Shown one piece after another: positions 1-8,794 of a stretch of 62,685 nt of DNA. Every line of letters begins with the position of its first letter. Position 1 is the first letter of the stretch. A program made the translations under genes and the position numbers. A model generated the notes under the pieces. The model made no database searches, had not been told where the DNA came from, and worked only from the letters and a program-made list of their open reading frames with translations. The stretch spans positions 1 to 62,685 of the forward strand of contig JABCTC010000022.1 in NCBI GenBank assembly GCA_018238545.1, in the 5' to 3' direction. This stretch comes from Candidatus Heimdallarchaeota archaeon. GTDB lineage: Archaea; Asgardarchaeota; Heimdallarchaeia; Heimdallarchaeales; Heimdallarchaeaceae.

Positions 1-228
1 ATATTTATGGTTCGCAAGTGTTTGAACACTTGTCCCTCAGTTAATAAAGTTTGAACCATACAGCACGATGCGCAATGGCAGGAATGTTGTCGGAGTAAAT
101 ACACACTCACTTCATTCCTTCCCCAATCATGATCTTCATGATTCTTCCCCTCAACGCACGTGAGGGGACCCACTTAAACGACGGTTAGACCACCTCTGGC
201 AAGTTTGACCAAGTTTCATAACGTGCGT
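1..228 (+). mobile_element. Right end of an IS607-family element (rest lies upstream of the window)
   Basis: Positions 151-228 match 3304-3381, which is fused to an IS607 tnpA fragment. Tandem CAAGTTT motifs at 200-216. The sequence abuts and truncates the downstream ORF. Confidence 0.75.
15..228 (+). ncRNA. Candidate TnpB omegaRNA (reRNA) scaffold
   Basis: Stems 15-21/26-32, 80-86/113-119, 93-96/105-108, 125-132/136-143 and 146-153/161-168. The loop ACGCACG (154-160) is complementary to terminal CGTGCGT (222-228), forming a pseudoknot with a compensatory change in the second copy. Confidence 0.6.
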
Positions 229-2524
229 GCTAAGTACATTGGATCTAGCAACAACAACCACTAATAATGTTCTACAAAATGTATCATTACCAGTACCTGT
301 GGGACCTATAATTGAGCATCCTATATTGGATAATATTCAATGGAATTCTGTTCCTACTATTAGAAATTATACTGATATACAGTTGACTGGAACTATTTTG
401 TTAGAAACTTCAGTTGTTAGTGCAGATCCAGGAATTGACTTAGTGAGTACAATTGATAACAACAGACTTATCGCTTTTAATTTCTTTCCAAATATGGAGT
501 TTAACAGCGAATTAATTGAATGGCCTTATTTCAATTATATGCTTTATCTCACTATAATGTCAACTGTTGACGAACCAGTTTTAACATACGCAAAATGGGA
601 CTACTCTCCTGTTCCCCATACCCTTGATACTATCTTGTTAGGTGTTTCAGTTCTGGTTACAGCTGTTATAACAATAGTTGGCTTTATTTTTGTTAGAAAA
701 TATTCAAAGAGGAATCCTGTAAAAGCTGAAGATCTGGAAGGTGTAAGCAAAGAAGTTGAAAAAGAAAATCAATGGGAAGAAGTTGGTATGCATCGTCAAC
801 TTGGTGGTTTTCTTATCCAATTATTTATTGGGCTTCTTGTTATTTTGCCTAATGTTGTCATGTCTGCTTTGGTTTTTCCACTTATAATTCTACCAAGCCC
901 ACAAGCTGCAGGTTTTTATGATTATACAATTAAATTCTTCGAAGCTCTTTGGTTATTCTTTGATTTGGGGACATCAGTAGTATTAGTGAAATTCTTCAGT
1001 GCTCATAGAGTGAAGAAACCCCAAAAAGCAATAAAATATGTCCAATTATTTATTTGGTACCAAATGTTATCAGGAGTAACTCAATTGTTCCTAATTTCCT
1101 TTATTGGTTCAATGGTGTTTCCACATACATTTCTTGCTCATATGTCATGGATTTTTGTTACTCACGCATTCTTCCAATGGCCGGCTTTCTTCCTGGTGTT
1201 TATGTATCTATTCCAAGCTATGAATAGAATTGATCTTCAACAGATTCTTAATCTGTTACTTTATGCAGTTTTCAATATCACGATTCAATATCTTGTGATT
1301 GTGCTCTTCAGATTTACTCTGGGCAAAAATCCTGTTTTTGGAGATGGGTTAGCTGGGGCAATAGGTTATAGCGTTGGTTTCTATGTGATTCAACTCTGCT
1401 CATTTTTGGTTGGTTTACTATTCTTCAAGAGACTTGGATTCTCATTGAAAACCATCTTTCGAATAGATTTCACGTGGACAGATATAAAAGAAGCATTCAA
1501 GTTTGGTATTAAATGGATGGGTGGAAAGATATTGCCTCCTCTCGGGTGGTTCGTACAATTGTATCTTCTCTCATTGTTCTTACCTAACTATACTCAGCAA
1601 CAGGGTTACTTCTCATTAGCCTGGAATTTTGCTACTATAGTGTTGTTGGTTGCACTTTTCGCAGAATCTTTACTCCCAGCTATATCTGAATCATACCATG
1701 CAAAGAAAAAAGCGCTCACTAGATATTATACTATGAGTTCTATAAAATGGAGTTCATATTTCGACTGGTTCTTAGTTGCAGCTCTAATTCCTATTGGTTG
1801 GCGATTCATAATTGGAGGAGCAGGTGCGGAATGGGCAGCGGCAACACCATTGATCGTATGGTTCCTTATCTTCCATGCAATAGGTTATTTCTCATGGCTA
1901 GGTGATTGGATGTTTGCAGGATCAGATCGTCCGGGTTGGGCTGCAATAAGCTGGATAATTGAACAAGTGATCAGAATAGGGTTGCTATTCGTTTTCATAC
2001 CTCTGTATGGATGGTTCAGCATAACCTTTGGTTCCCCAATGGTTGCGATAATGTTCGCGTATTTCCCCGCTTTAATTATTAAGAATATCTTCATGTGGTG
2101 GGGTATAAGACGTGATGATTATTTCAAATTCAAATGGAAAGATTTAGCGTGGCAAGGTTTTGTTGCTCCTTTAGGTGCTGCTGTGGTGATTTGGGGTATT
2201 CTGGAAGGATTGTTTTCATTAATTTGGCAAGGAGAAATCATAACTTCTGTACTTATCCTTCTCATTGGTACTCTTGGTGGTATGTACATTTTCGCATTCT
2301 TTGCTAGTTTGTTTGGTACTTTTGATGACAATACCTTAGAAGAGTTTAAACGCGCAACAGAGATGGCTAAAGGGTTGAAATTTATGGCAAAACCTCTTTA
2401 TCTTGTATCAAAATGGGGCGCAAAAATATCTCCATTACATAATAAATTCCCCATGACTATTTTTGATGAGGCTCAAGCTGAAGCCAAGCAACTTACAGAA
2501 GAGAAAACAAAACTAATGATATAA
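227..2524 (+). CDS. MOP-superfamily (MurJ/Wzx-like) flippase with N-terminal extracytoplasmic domain; 5'-truncated by the IS insertion
   Basis: About 14 hydrophobic segments after a soluble N-terminal part, with DLGT and LLPAISESY motifs typical of polysaccharide flippases. The GTG start lies inside the IS end, with an in-frame TGA at 206-208 and no native start. Confidence 0.7.
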   Translation: MLSTLDLATTTTNNVLQNVSLPVPVGPIIEHPILDNIQWNSVPTIRNYTDIQLTGTILLETSVVSADPGIDLVSTIDNNRLIAFNFFPNMEFNSELIEWPYFNYMLYLTIMSTVDEPVLTYAKWDYSPVPHTLDTILLGVSVLVTAVITIVGFIFVRKYSKRNPVKAEDLEGVSKEVEKENQWEEVGMHRQLGGFLIQLFIGLLVILPNVVMSALVFPLIILPSPQAAGFYDYTIKFFEALWLFFDLGTSVVLVKFFSAHRVKKPQKAIKYVQLFIWYQMLSGVTQLFLISFIGSMVFPHTFLAHMSWIFVTHAFFQWPAFFLVFMYLFQAMNRIDLQQILNLLLYAVFNITIQYLVIVLFRFTLGKNPVFGDGLAGAIGYSVGFYVIQLCSFLVGLLFFKRLGFSLKTIFRIDFTWTDIKEAFKFGIKWMGGKILPPLGWFVQLYLLSLFLPNYTQQQGYFSLAWNFATIVLLVALFAESLLPAISESYHAKKKALTRYYTMSSIKWSSYFDWFLVAALIPIGWRFIIGGAGAEWAAATPLIVWFLIFHAIGYFSWLGDWMFAGSDRPGWAAISWIIEQVIRIGLLFVFIPLYGWFSITFGSPMVAIMFAYFPALIIKNIFMWWGIRRDDYFKFKWKDLAWQGFVAPLGAAVVIWGILEGLFSLIWQGEIITSVLILLIGTLGGMYIFAFFASLFGTFDDNTLEEFKRATEMAKGLKFMAKPLYLVSKWGAKISPLHNKFPMTIFDEAQAEAKQLTEEKTKLMI

Positions 2525-2544
2525 TTTTCTCTTTTCTTTTCTTT

Positions 2545-3012
2545 TTATTTTCTTGTTTTTAAAGCAGATTGTATTGTTCGTTTCACCCATTCTTCTGCTT
2601 CAGAATCTTTAAGAATTTTTTCGCAATATTCCCAATGTTCTCCAGCAATCAGCCCCATTAGAGATATCTTCTTGAATTTTCTTGGTTTATTGGGTGTTGA
2701 AGTAAACATAGAAAGAAGTTTAGCGGATTTCTTCTTCAGCATCATTAAGTCCATTGTATTATCGAGTGGGATTTCATCATCTTGAAGCGTTATTGCTACA
2801 TCATAACTAGAAGTATTGATTGTAGCAAATTTTGTTAAAGCTAAGAGCGAGTAGTTTCTTATCCAATCAATTCTTGAAGATGTTAAAGCATGATTGTATA
2901 ATGAAGCTAAACATCCATCCTTGATTAGAGTCTTAAGCGCAGACCTTCTTCTTCCATCACCTAAAGAAGGCGTTGAAATGATTATATCGAATTTACTACA
3001 ATCCATTAACAT
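2545..3012 (-). CDS. Hypothetical protein, possibly HEAT-like helical
   Basis: 155-aa ORF with a TTTATT box ~25 nt upstream. Segments RRSALKTL, RNYSLLAL and EWVKRTIQSAL resemble HEAT repeats. Confidence 0.55.
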   Translation of the reverse strand: MLMDCSKFDIIISTPSLGDGRRRSALKTLIKDGCLASLYNHALTSSRIDWIRNYSLLALTKFATINTSSYDVAITLQDDEIPLDNTMDLMMLKKKSAKLLSMFTSTPNKPRKFKKISLMGLIAGEHWEYCEKILKDSEAEEWVKRTIQSALKTRK

Positions 3013-3029
3013 ACAATATTCTTTCTTTC

Positions 3030-3381
3030 AAATAAACTTTAGCAAACTGTGGACAACTGCTGAAGAAAATAGTGCTCAATCTTGCCAAAAGAAGTAAAAG
3101 AATTTCTGAAGATTCAACAGAAGTAGAACTATGTTAGTAAGAATTGGCATAACAGCATCCATACAAGGAGTATCTGCTAGCACTATGAGAAGGTGGGAGA
3201 GGGAAGAGAAAATACTCCCTTATAAGAGGACAAGAGGAGGGCACAGGAGATACAAACTCTCCCAGATGATAGGAGAAGAAGAACAGAAGGAGGAGAACGA
3301 CAATCAACACACGTGAGGGGACCCATTTAAACGACGGTTAGCCGCCTTCTGGCAAGTTTAACCAAGTTTCATAACGTGTGT
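3030..3381 (+). mobile_element. Internally deleted, non-autonomous IS607 derivative (left end + 5' tnpA + last ~78 bp of right end)
   Basis: The truncated TnpA HTH is joined directly to a copy of the 151-228 end. Left-end motifs AAACT (3034, 3044) and CTTGCCAAAAG (~3081) are inverted counterparts of right-end CAAGTTT/CTTCTGGCAAG. Left boundary is approximate. Confidence 0.75.
3131..3316 (+). pseudogene. tnpA: IS607 serine transposase, N-terminal MerR-like HTH only
   Basis: GVSASTMRRWEREEKI...RTRGGHRRY is the IS607 TnpA N-terminal signature. The catalytic YARVS domain is missing and the stop codon lies in the right-end sequence. Confidence 0.85.
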
Positions 3382-3424
3382 TACGTGAGAAAATTTTTTA
3401 ACTCACATGCTCACAAAAGTTTCC

Positions 3425-3943
3425 ATGGACTCTGTTACTCATGGAAGTATATCTGTACTAATTGGTTTTATATTCATTCAATTTTACGATGTCCCACTTT
3501 GGTTGCTTCTAATTGTAATGTTTGTTTTCGGAGTTCTTGTAGACTATGACCATGTTTTCTATTATAAGAGGAAGCATCCCGAGATTAAATTATGGAACCT
3601 TCCTCAACTGATTAAACTTTATTTTAAAACAGTAGATGAAAGAGATGAGTTCATTTATCATACTTGGTTGCATGAACCATTTGGTGTTCTAGTAGTCTGC
3701 GGAGTCAGCTCTCTCTTCTTTTGGTTGATTAATATTCCTGAATTAGCTATTTTGGCGAGTAGTTGTTATGTTGCACATTATCTTGTCGACTTAATATCAG
3801 GAAAAATGAAACCTTTAGCTCCTTTCTCAAATAAAGTTACAATCGACCTAAAAATTCTACCTGCAAATGCTTTCACTATTACTGGAATTGCTTTAGGCAC
3901 ATTTCTTATTGCACTTGTTATCTTTATTGCATTTAAACCTTAA
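3425..3943 (+). CDS. Membrane-bound metal-dependent hydrolase (YdjM-like)
   Basis: MDxxTH start, LVDYDH, HTWLHE and HYLVD motifs, 4-5 TM segments. The start at 3425 fits the TATA box at ~3393. Confidence 0.75.
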   Translation: MDSVTHGSISVLIGFIFIQFYDVPLWLLLIVMFVFGVLVDYDHVFYYKRKHPEIKLWNLPQLIKLYFKTVDERDEFIYHTWLHEPFGVLVVCGVSSLFFWLINIPELAILASSCYVAHYLVDLISGKMKPLAPFSNKVTIDLKILPANAFTITGIALGTFLIALVIFIAFKP

Positions 3944-3994
3944 CAGAATCAACTCCTCGATAGATTTTTAATTTCTTGATAGACTGTACACCTA

Positions 3995-6391
3995 ATGTCT
4001 AATGAGTTAATAGGAAAAGTACCGTTTTGGATGGTTAAATTCGCTTTGAATAATGTCATCAGAAAGAAAATGATGCAAAATAATGAAGTAGTGCTACCAG
4101 AAGACGAGTCTAATTGGAAAAAAATGGGTAAACTATCTTCTAGTAAAGTTAGAAAATTTGATTTTCAAGCAGCGTTAGGCGATGGGGCATTTCAAATAAA
4201 ATCTATTGCTAATGGGGTTCTAAACATCCGAATCTCTAAACAGCTATCCAATATCCCGCAAACTGATGCTGTAATTCTAGACAATAAATCACCACCAGCG
4301 TTGGTTGTGAAGAAAGAGGACGAAAAAACAATAATTACTCAAGAATCTGGTCCAACTGTGTTTATTGTTGCTACAATAGACAAAGAAGCTGGTCAGATCA
4401 CTTTTGAAGATGGGTTTGGATTTAAAATTTGTACAGAGGAATTCCCAAGTTATCACGAGGAAGATTGGTACAAAATCGAAAAATTACCTGGTGTAGCTTG
4501 CGAAAATTATTATGGTTTTGGTGAGAAGGGTGGTCCTTTGAACAAAAAAGGTGAAACTATCTCATTCTGGAACACAGATTCTTTTGCCTATAGTAACGAT
4601 GATTCAAAATTGTATCAATCCCAGCCTATCCAGATAGTTGTTCGATCTAATGGTTTCTGCTATGCTGTTGTTTATGATAACCCTAATCGAAGTCAAATTG
4701 AAATTGGTGACGATGATGATTGTTCAACAAAATATTATGTTAATGGTGGTGGTATAAATTACTATATTATTGTTGGACCTACAGTGTCCAAGGTATTTAG
4801 AAAACTAGCCGATTTGCTCGGAAGAGCTCCTCTCCCACCTATTTCAGCTCTTGGACATCATCAAAGTCGGTGGTCTTATTATCCTGAATCAGAAGTAAGG
4901 GCTTTAGCTTCAGAATTCAGAAATAGGAAAATTCCCTGTGATTATATTCACTTAGACATTGACTATATGGATGAATATCGAATATTTACTTGGAATAAGG
5001 AACATTTCCCAAATCCAAAGAAATTGTCGGATGATCTTTTTGAGCAAGGTTTTCGTCTGATGGCAATGATGGATCCAGGAGTCAAAGTAGATCCAAACTA
5101 TAAAATTTACAAAGAAGGAATCAAAGGAAAGCATTTCTGCCTAAATCCTGATGATTCGGTATATACTGGTCCTGTATGGCCTGGCGATTGCCATTTTCCT
5201 GACTTTACTCAAGAAAAAACACGTGGATGGTTCGGTAATCACTTTAAAGCATTAACTAAAGCAGGAGTAAGAGGTTTTTGGATTGACATGAATGATCCAT
5301 CGGTTTTCAACGATAAAGGAACAATAGATGACGATATTATACATCCTGGTGAAGGAGAACCTCGTTTACATAAAGAAGTACATAATGAATATGCACATTT
5401 AATGGCTAAAGCAACCTATGAGGGTTTACAAAAACTTCTACCAAATAACAGAATTTACATCAATTCTAGGTCAGCATATTTAGGGACTCATAGATATGCA
5501 GGAACATGGACAGGAGACAATGTTGCAAGTTGGAGACATTTGCAACTATCTATACCCATGATGTTGAATATGGCTGTTTCTGGACAAGTAATGATTGGTC
5601 CTGATATTGGAGGTTTTGCTGGAAAACCAGGTGCTGAACTTCTTATCCGTTGGTATCAAGCTGGCTGTTTATACCCCTATTTCAGAAATCACACAATTAA
5701 CAAAAAGTGCTCCCAAGAACCATGGGCTCTTGGAAGAAAAGCAGAAAAAATTATCAGACGGACTATCCAGTTAAGATATTCTCTAATGGTTTATATCTAT
5801 AATAGCATAAGACAAACTTGTTTGACTGGTATTCCAGCTTTCCGACCATTGTGGGTAGATAATTCAAAGGATCCAATGGCACATATTGCGGAATGGGCAG
5901 AAACTGAATATTTGTTTGGGGATAAAATGCTTTTAGCTCCTGTTCTAAAGAAAGGTAGAAGGAAAAGAGAAGTTTATCTTCCCCAAGGAAAGTGGTATAG
6001 TTTCTGCGGAAAACTTCTTTTTGATGGTGGAAAAGTGCATGAAATTGATGTACCTTTAGATGTAGTGCCGCTATTTGTCAAAGAAGGTTCTATTATACCC
6101 TATATTACAGAACCTATTCAACATACAGGAGAGATTTACAAATCAAAAATTTCTCTTAGAGTATATCCAAAAGATTCGGAAGCTGAAGGAGAAATCTATC
6201 TTGATGATGGAGACTCACTCGAATTTAATAATGGTGATTATGAAATTGTGAAAATTCAAGCAGAGGAAAAAGCTGGAGAAACATGGTATTTCAATATTAA
6301 CAGAGAAGGGAAAAAGAAGAAATATATTGAAATTGGCGAAATAACAATAATGGGTGAAGAAAAGCTAAATTATTTGGTATTTGAGAAATAA
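3995..6391 (+). CDS. GH31 alpha-glucosidase
   Basis: YGFGEK, HLDIDYMD, WIDMNDP (nucleophile), WTGDN (acid/base), GPDIGGF and YFRNH motifs. Confidence 0.95.
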   Translation: MSNELIGKVPFWMVKFALNNVIRKKMMQNNEVVLPEDESNWKKMGKLSSSKVRKFDFQAALGDGAFQIKSIANGVLNIRISKQLSNIPQTDAVILDNKSPPALVVKKEDEKTIITQESGPTVFIVATIDKEAGQITFEDGFGFKICTEEFPSYHEEDWYKIEKLPGVACENYYGFGEKGGPLNKKGETISFWNTDSFAYSNDDSKLYQSQPIQIVVRSNGFCYAVVYDNPNRSQIEIGDDDDCSTKYYVNGGGINYYIIVGPTVSKVFRKLADLLGRAPLPPISALGHHQSRWSYYPESEVRALASEFRNRKIPCDYIHLDIDYMDEYRIFTWNKEHFPNPKKLSDDLFEQGFRLMAMMDPGVKVDPNYKIYKEGIKGKHFCLNPDDSVYTGPVWPGDCHFPDFTQEKTRGWFGNHFKALTKAGVRGFWIDMNDPSVFNDKGTIDDDIIHPGEGEPRLHKEVHNEYAHLMAKATYEGLQKLLPNNRIYINSRSAYLGTHRYAGTWTGDNVASWRHLQLSIPMMLNMAVSGQVMIGPDIGGFAGKPGAELLIRWYQAGCLYPYFRNHTINKKCSQEPWALGRKAEKIIRRTIQLRYSLMVYIYNSIRQTCLTGIPAFRPLWVDNSKDPMAHIAEWAETEYLFGDKMLLAPVLKKGRRKREVYLPQGKWYSFCGKLLFDGGKVHEIDVPLDVVPLFVKEGSIIPYITEPIQHTGEIYKSKISLRVYPKDSEAEGEIYLDDGDSLEFNNGDYEIVKIQAEEKAGETWYFNINREGKKKKYIEIGEITIMGEEKLNYLVFEK

Positions 6392-6395
6392 AACT

Positions 6396-7106
6396 CTAAT
6401 CCAAGTATTTTCTTGCTGTTCTCCAATTTATTTTCTTAAATGATTCTGCATATCTTACATAAGCCATTCTGCCTGTCATTAACATCCCTGCCTGCTTATA
6501 TGCTCTTACTGGCCATTCACCATATGCTTCTTCATAGACGTTGAAGAACTCCATTATTCTGTCATGCTGATTACTTACATCAACATAAACACAATTTTGA
6601 ATATTGGGATCGTCTCCTAAATTTGGTGTGTAGAGACTTATGGGTTTTCGATGAGGTTCTAAATTACTGTCATCTTCTTTGTATCTAGCATAAGAAATAG
6701 CATCAAGAACTATGTCGTGAGTGTAACGATGATCTGGATGGCCGGTTCCTGTAGTTGTTGATTTCCCCCAAGTTATTACTACGTCTGGTTTAAGTTGTTT
6801 GAATATCCTAGCAACTTTTTTAGCATTTTCGACTGAAGGAAACACACCTGAATCTGGGAGGTTCATAAGCCGATATTGTGCTCCTATGATTTTCTCGATT
6901 TGGTTTACATGTCCTTGTCTAATCAGTTTTATTTCGTCATGTGAGCCCCTTAAAGAAGAAGCGTTTTCGCCATGAGTCAACATTACAACATAGACGTTAT
7001 CACCACGATCGCTATGATTCATTAATGTACCAACTGCACCAGCTTCATCATCTAGGTGAGCAAAAACAGCTACAACGGTAAGTGGTTTATGGTTATCATT
7101 CATCAC
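6396..7106 (-). CDS. PIG-L/LmbE family deacetylase
   Basis: AHLDDE and HPDH zinc motifs, LTHGE. Confidence 0.9.
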   Translation of the reverse strand: MMNDNHKPLTVVAVFAHLDDEAGAVGTLMNHSDRGDNVYVVMLTHGENASSLRGSHDEIKLIRQGHVNQIEKIIGAQYRLMNLPDSGVFPSVENAKKVARIFKQLKPDVVITWGKSTTTGTGHPDHRYTHDIVLDAISYARYKEDDSNLEPHRKPISLYTPNLGDDPNIQNCVYVDVSNQHDRIMEFFNVYEEAYGEWPVRAYKQAGMLMTGRMAYVRYAESFKKINWRTARKYLD

Positions 7107-7165
7107 TATACCATCTCATTCTATTATTAAAAAATCCACCATTATACAAAAAAAGAAAGGATTCT

Positions 7166-8680
7166 TCAGAATCCATAAAGAACAGCGTATTTTTCCTTCA
7201 AGAAATCAATAAGATATTGAGGTGTGGGATACTCCCCAGTTACAATCTTAACAAGTTCAGGGGCATTGTATAGATTTCCTTTCTCTTGGATGTTGGTTTT
7301 CATCCAGTCCAATATCGAAGATACATCCCCACTCTCTAGTTTGGTATTCCAATCTGGGATGTCCTTAGTCAATTTGTTGAAGAATTGAGCAGCATAAACA
7401 TTACCAAGTGAATATGTTGGGAAATAGCCGAATGTTCCTCCGCTCCAGTGAATATCTTGGAGAACACCGTCACTATCTTTTTTGACTTCTATTCCAAGCA
7501 TGTCCTTCATTCTATCTTTCCATATCCTAGGTAAATCTTTTATCTCAATTTTTCCTGCAAATAGATCTCTTTCGATTTCAAATCGAAGGATAATATGCAG
7601 ATTATAGGTGACTTCATCTGCTTCAACTCTTATCATGGAAGGTTCAACTGTGTTTATTGCACGAATGAAATCAGTATATTGAACATCAGAGAAAATATCT
7701 CCAGTTAGTTTTTTGAATCTATCCAAATAATAGAACCAAAATGATTTACTTCTCCCAAGAGTGTTCTCGTAAAACCTGGATTGCGATTCATGAAGTCCTA
7801 ACGAACAGTACTTTCCTACAGGTTGGTATTTCCACCCCTCTGCTTGGTTTTGTTCATAACAACCATGACCACCTTCGTGCATAACTGAGAAGAATGAGCT
7901 CGTGAAATCCTCTTCTTGATATCTTGTAGTTATTCTTACGTCATCGTATGCTCCTGTTGTGAATGGGTGTGTTGAAACGTCAATTCTTCCTTTTTCCATA
8001 CTAAAGTTGATTAAGGATACAAGGTCCTTAGACAATTTATCTTGTATATCTAAAGGCACTTTTCTATATATCAGGGAAGTGTTTGGTTGCGTAGGTGCTT
8101 CTTTACATTTTTTTATGAGTTCAACTGTTGCTTCTTTTAGAGGCGTAAAAATTGCTGTATATTTTTCACTCGACATCCCTGGTTCAAATTCATCTAGAAG
8201 AACCTCATATGGGGGAATGTCTGGATTGATGTAGTTGGCGTACCGCTTTGCCATTTCAAATACTTTCTCTAAAGATGGTTGAAACTTAGAAAAATCATTT
8301 TCAGCTCGAGCTTCTTTCCAAGCTTCAACAGCCATTACTGCAATCTTGGTATATTCAACAACAAAATCTTCAGGTAATTTTATTGCTTTATTATACTCCC
8401 TTTGAATTAAGTATATATTCCTCTTTTCTATTTCAGATAGTTTATCGTAATCTTCATGCTTTTTAATGACCTTCAATAGCTCTCCTATCTTGGGATCAGT
8501 ACTTACCTTGTGATTTAATCCAGCAAGATATCCTTGTTGTTCACTTCTTTGGATTAAACCTTTCTTCGGCATTAACACTTCTTGGTCCCAACCGAGAAGC
8601 ATACTTATTTGTTCAACAACTTGTATTTCCTTGTATATTGCTAGAAGTTGCCCGTATATTTCTTTCATTTGAATCATCAT
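7166..8680 (-). CDS. Carboxypeptidase M32 (Taq-type)
   Basis: HPF, DVRITTRY, HEGGH, HESQ, IRVEADE, QDIHW and GYFPTYSLG motifs. Confidence 0.97.
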   Translation of the reverse strand: MMIQMKEIYGQLLAIYKEIQVVEQISMLLGWDQEVLMPKKGLIQRSEQQGYLAGLNHKVSTDPKIGELLKVIKKHEDYDKLSEIEKRNIYLIQREYNKAIKLPEDFVVEYTKIAVMAVEAWKEARAENDFSKFQPSLEKVFEMAKRYANYINPDIPPYEVLLDEFEPGMSSEKYTAIFTPLKEATVELIKKCKEAPTQPNTSLIYRKVPLDIQDKLSKDLVSLINFSMEKGRIDVSTHPFTTGAYDDVRITTRYQEEDFTSSFFSVMHEGGHGCYEQNQAEGWKYQPVGKYCSLGLHESQSRFYENTLGRSKSFWFYYLDRFKKLTGDIFSDVQYTDFIRAINTVEPSMIRVEADEVTYNLHIILRFEIERDLFAGKIEIKDLPRIWKDRMKDMLGIEVKKDSDGVLQDIHWSGGTFGYFPTYSLGNVYAAQFFNKLTKDIPDWNTKLESGDVSSILDWMKTNIQEKGNLYNAPELVKIVTGEYPTPQYLIDFLKEKYAVLYGF

Positions 8681-8794
8681 CTAGTTTAATTTTGATTCTA
8701 CAAAGAGACTGATAAATATTTTGTCTCAAGGAAGATTTTCTTGTCACATCCTATTAGTAAAAATATAAATAATACCAACTGTCATCTAGTTACT

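Noticed and set aside
1-228. IStron (group I intron-IS607 chimera)
   Set aside because: No intron core is visible, the sibling copy goes from left end to tnpA in under 100 bp, and the terminal G is not shared by both copies.
151-3381. The two 78-bp repeats as CRISPR repeats or as ends of one composite element
   Set aside because: There are only two copies, 3.1 kb apart and in the same orientation; both are explained as independent IS607 right ends.
5278-5301. GH31 WIDMNDP instead of WIDMNEP as inactivation
   Set aside because: The nucleophile Asp and the acid/base Asp are both intact; the change is conservative.
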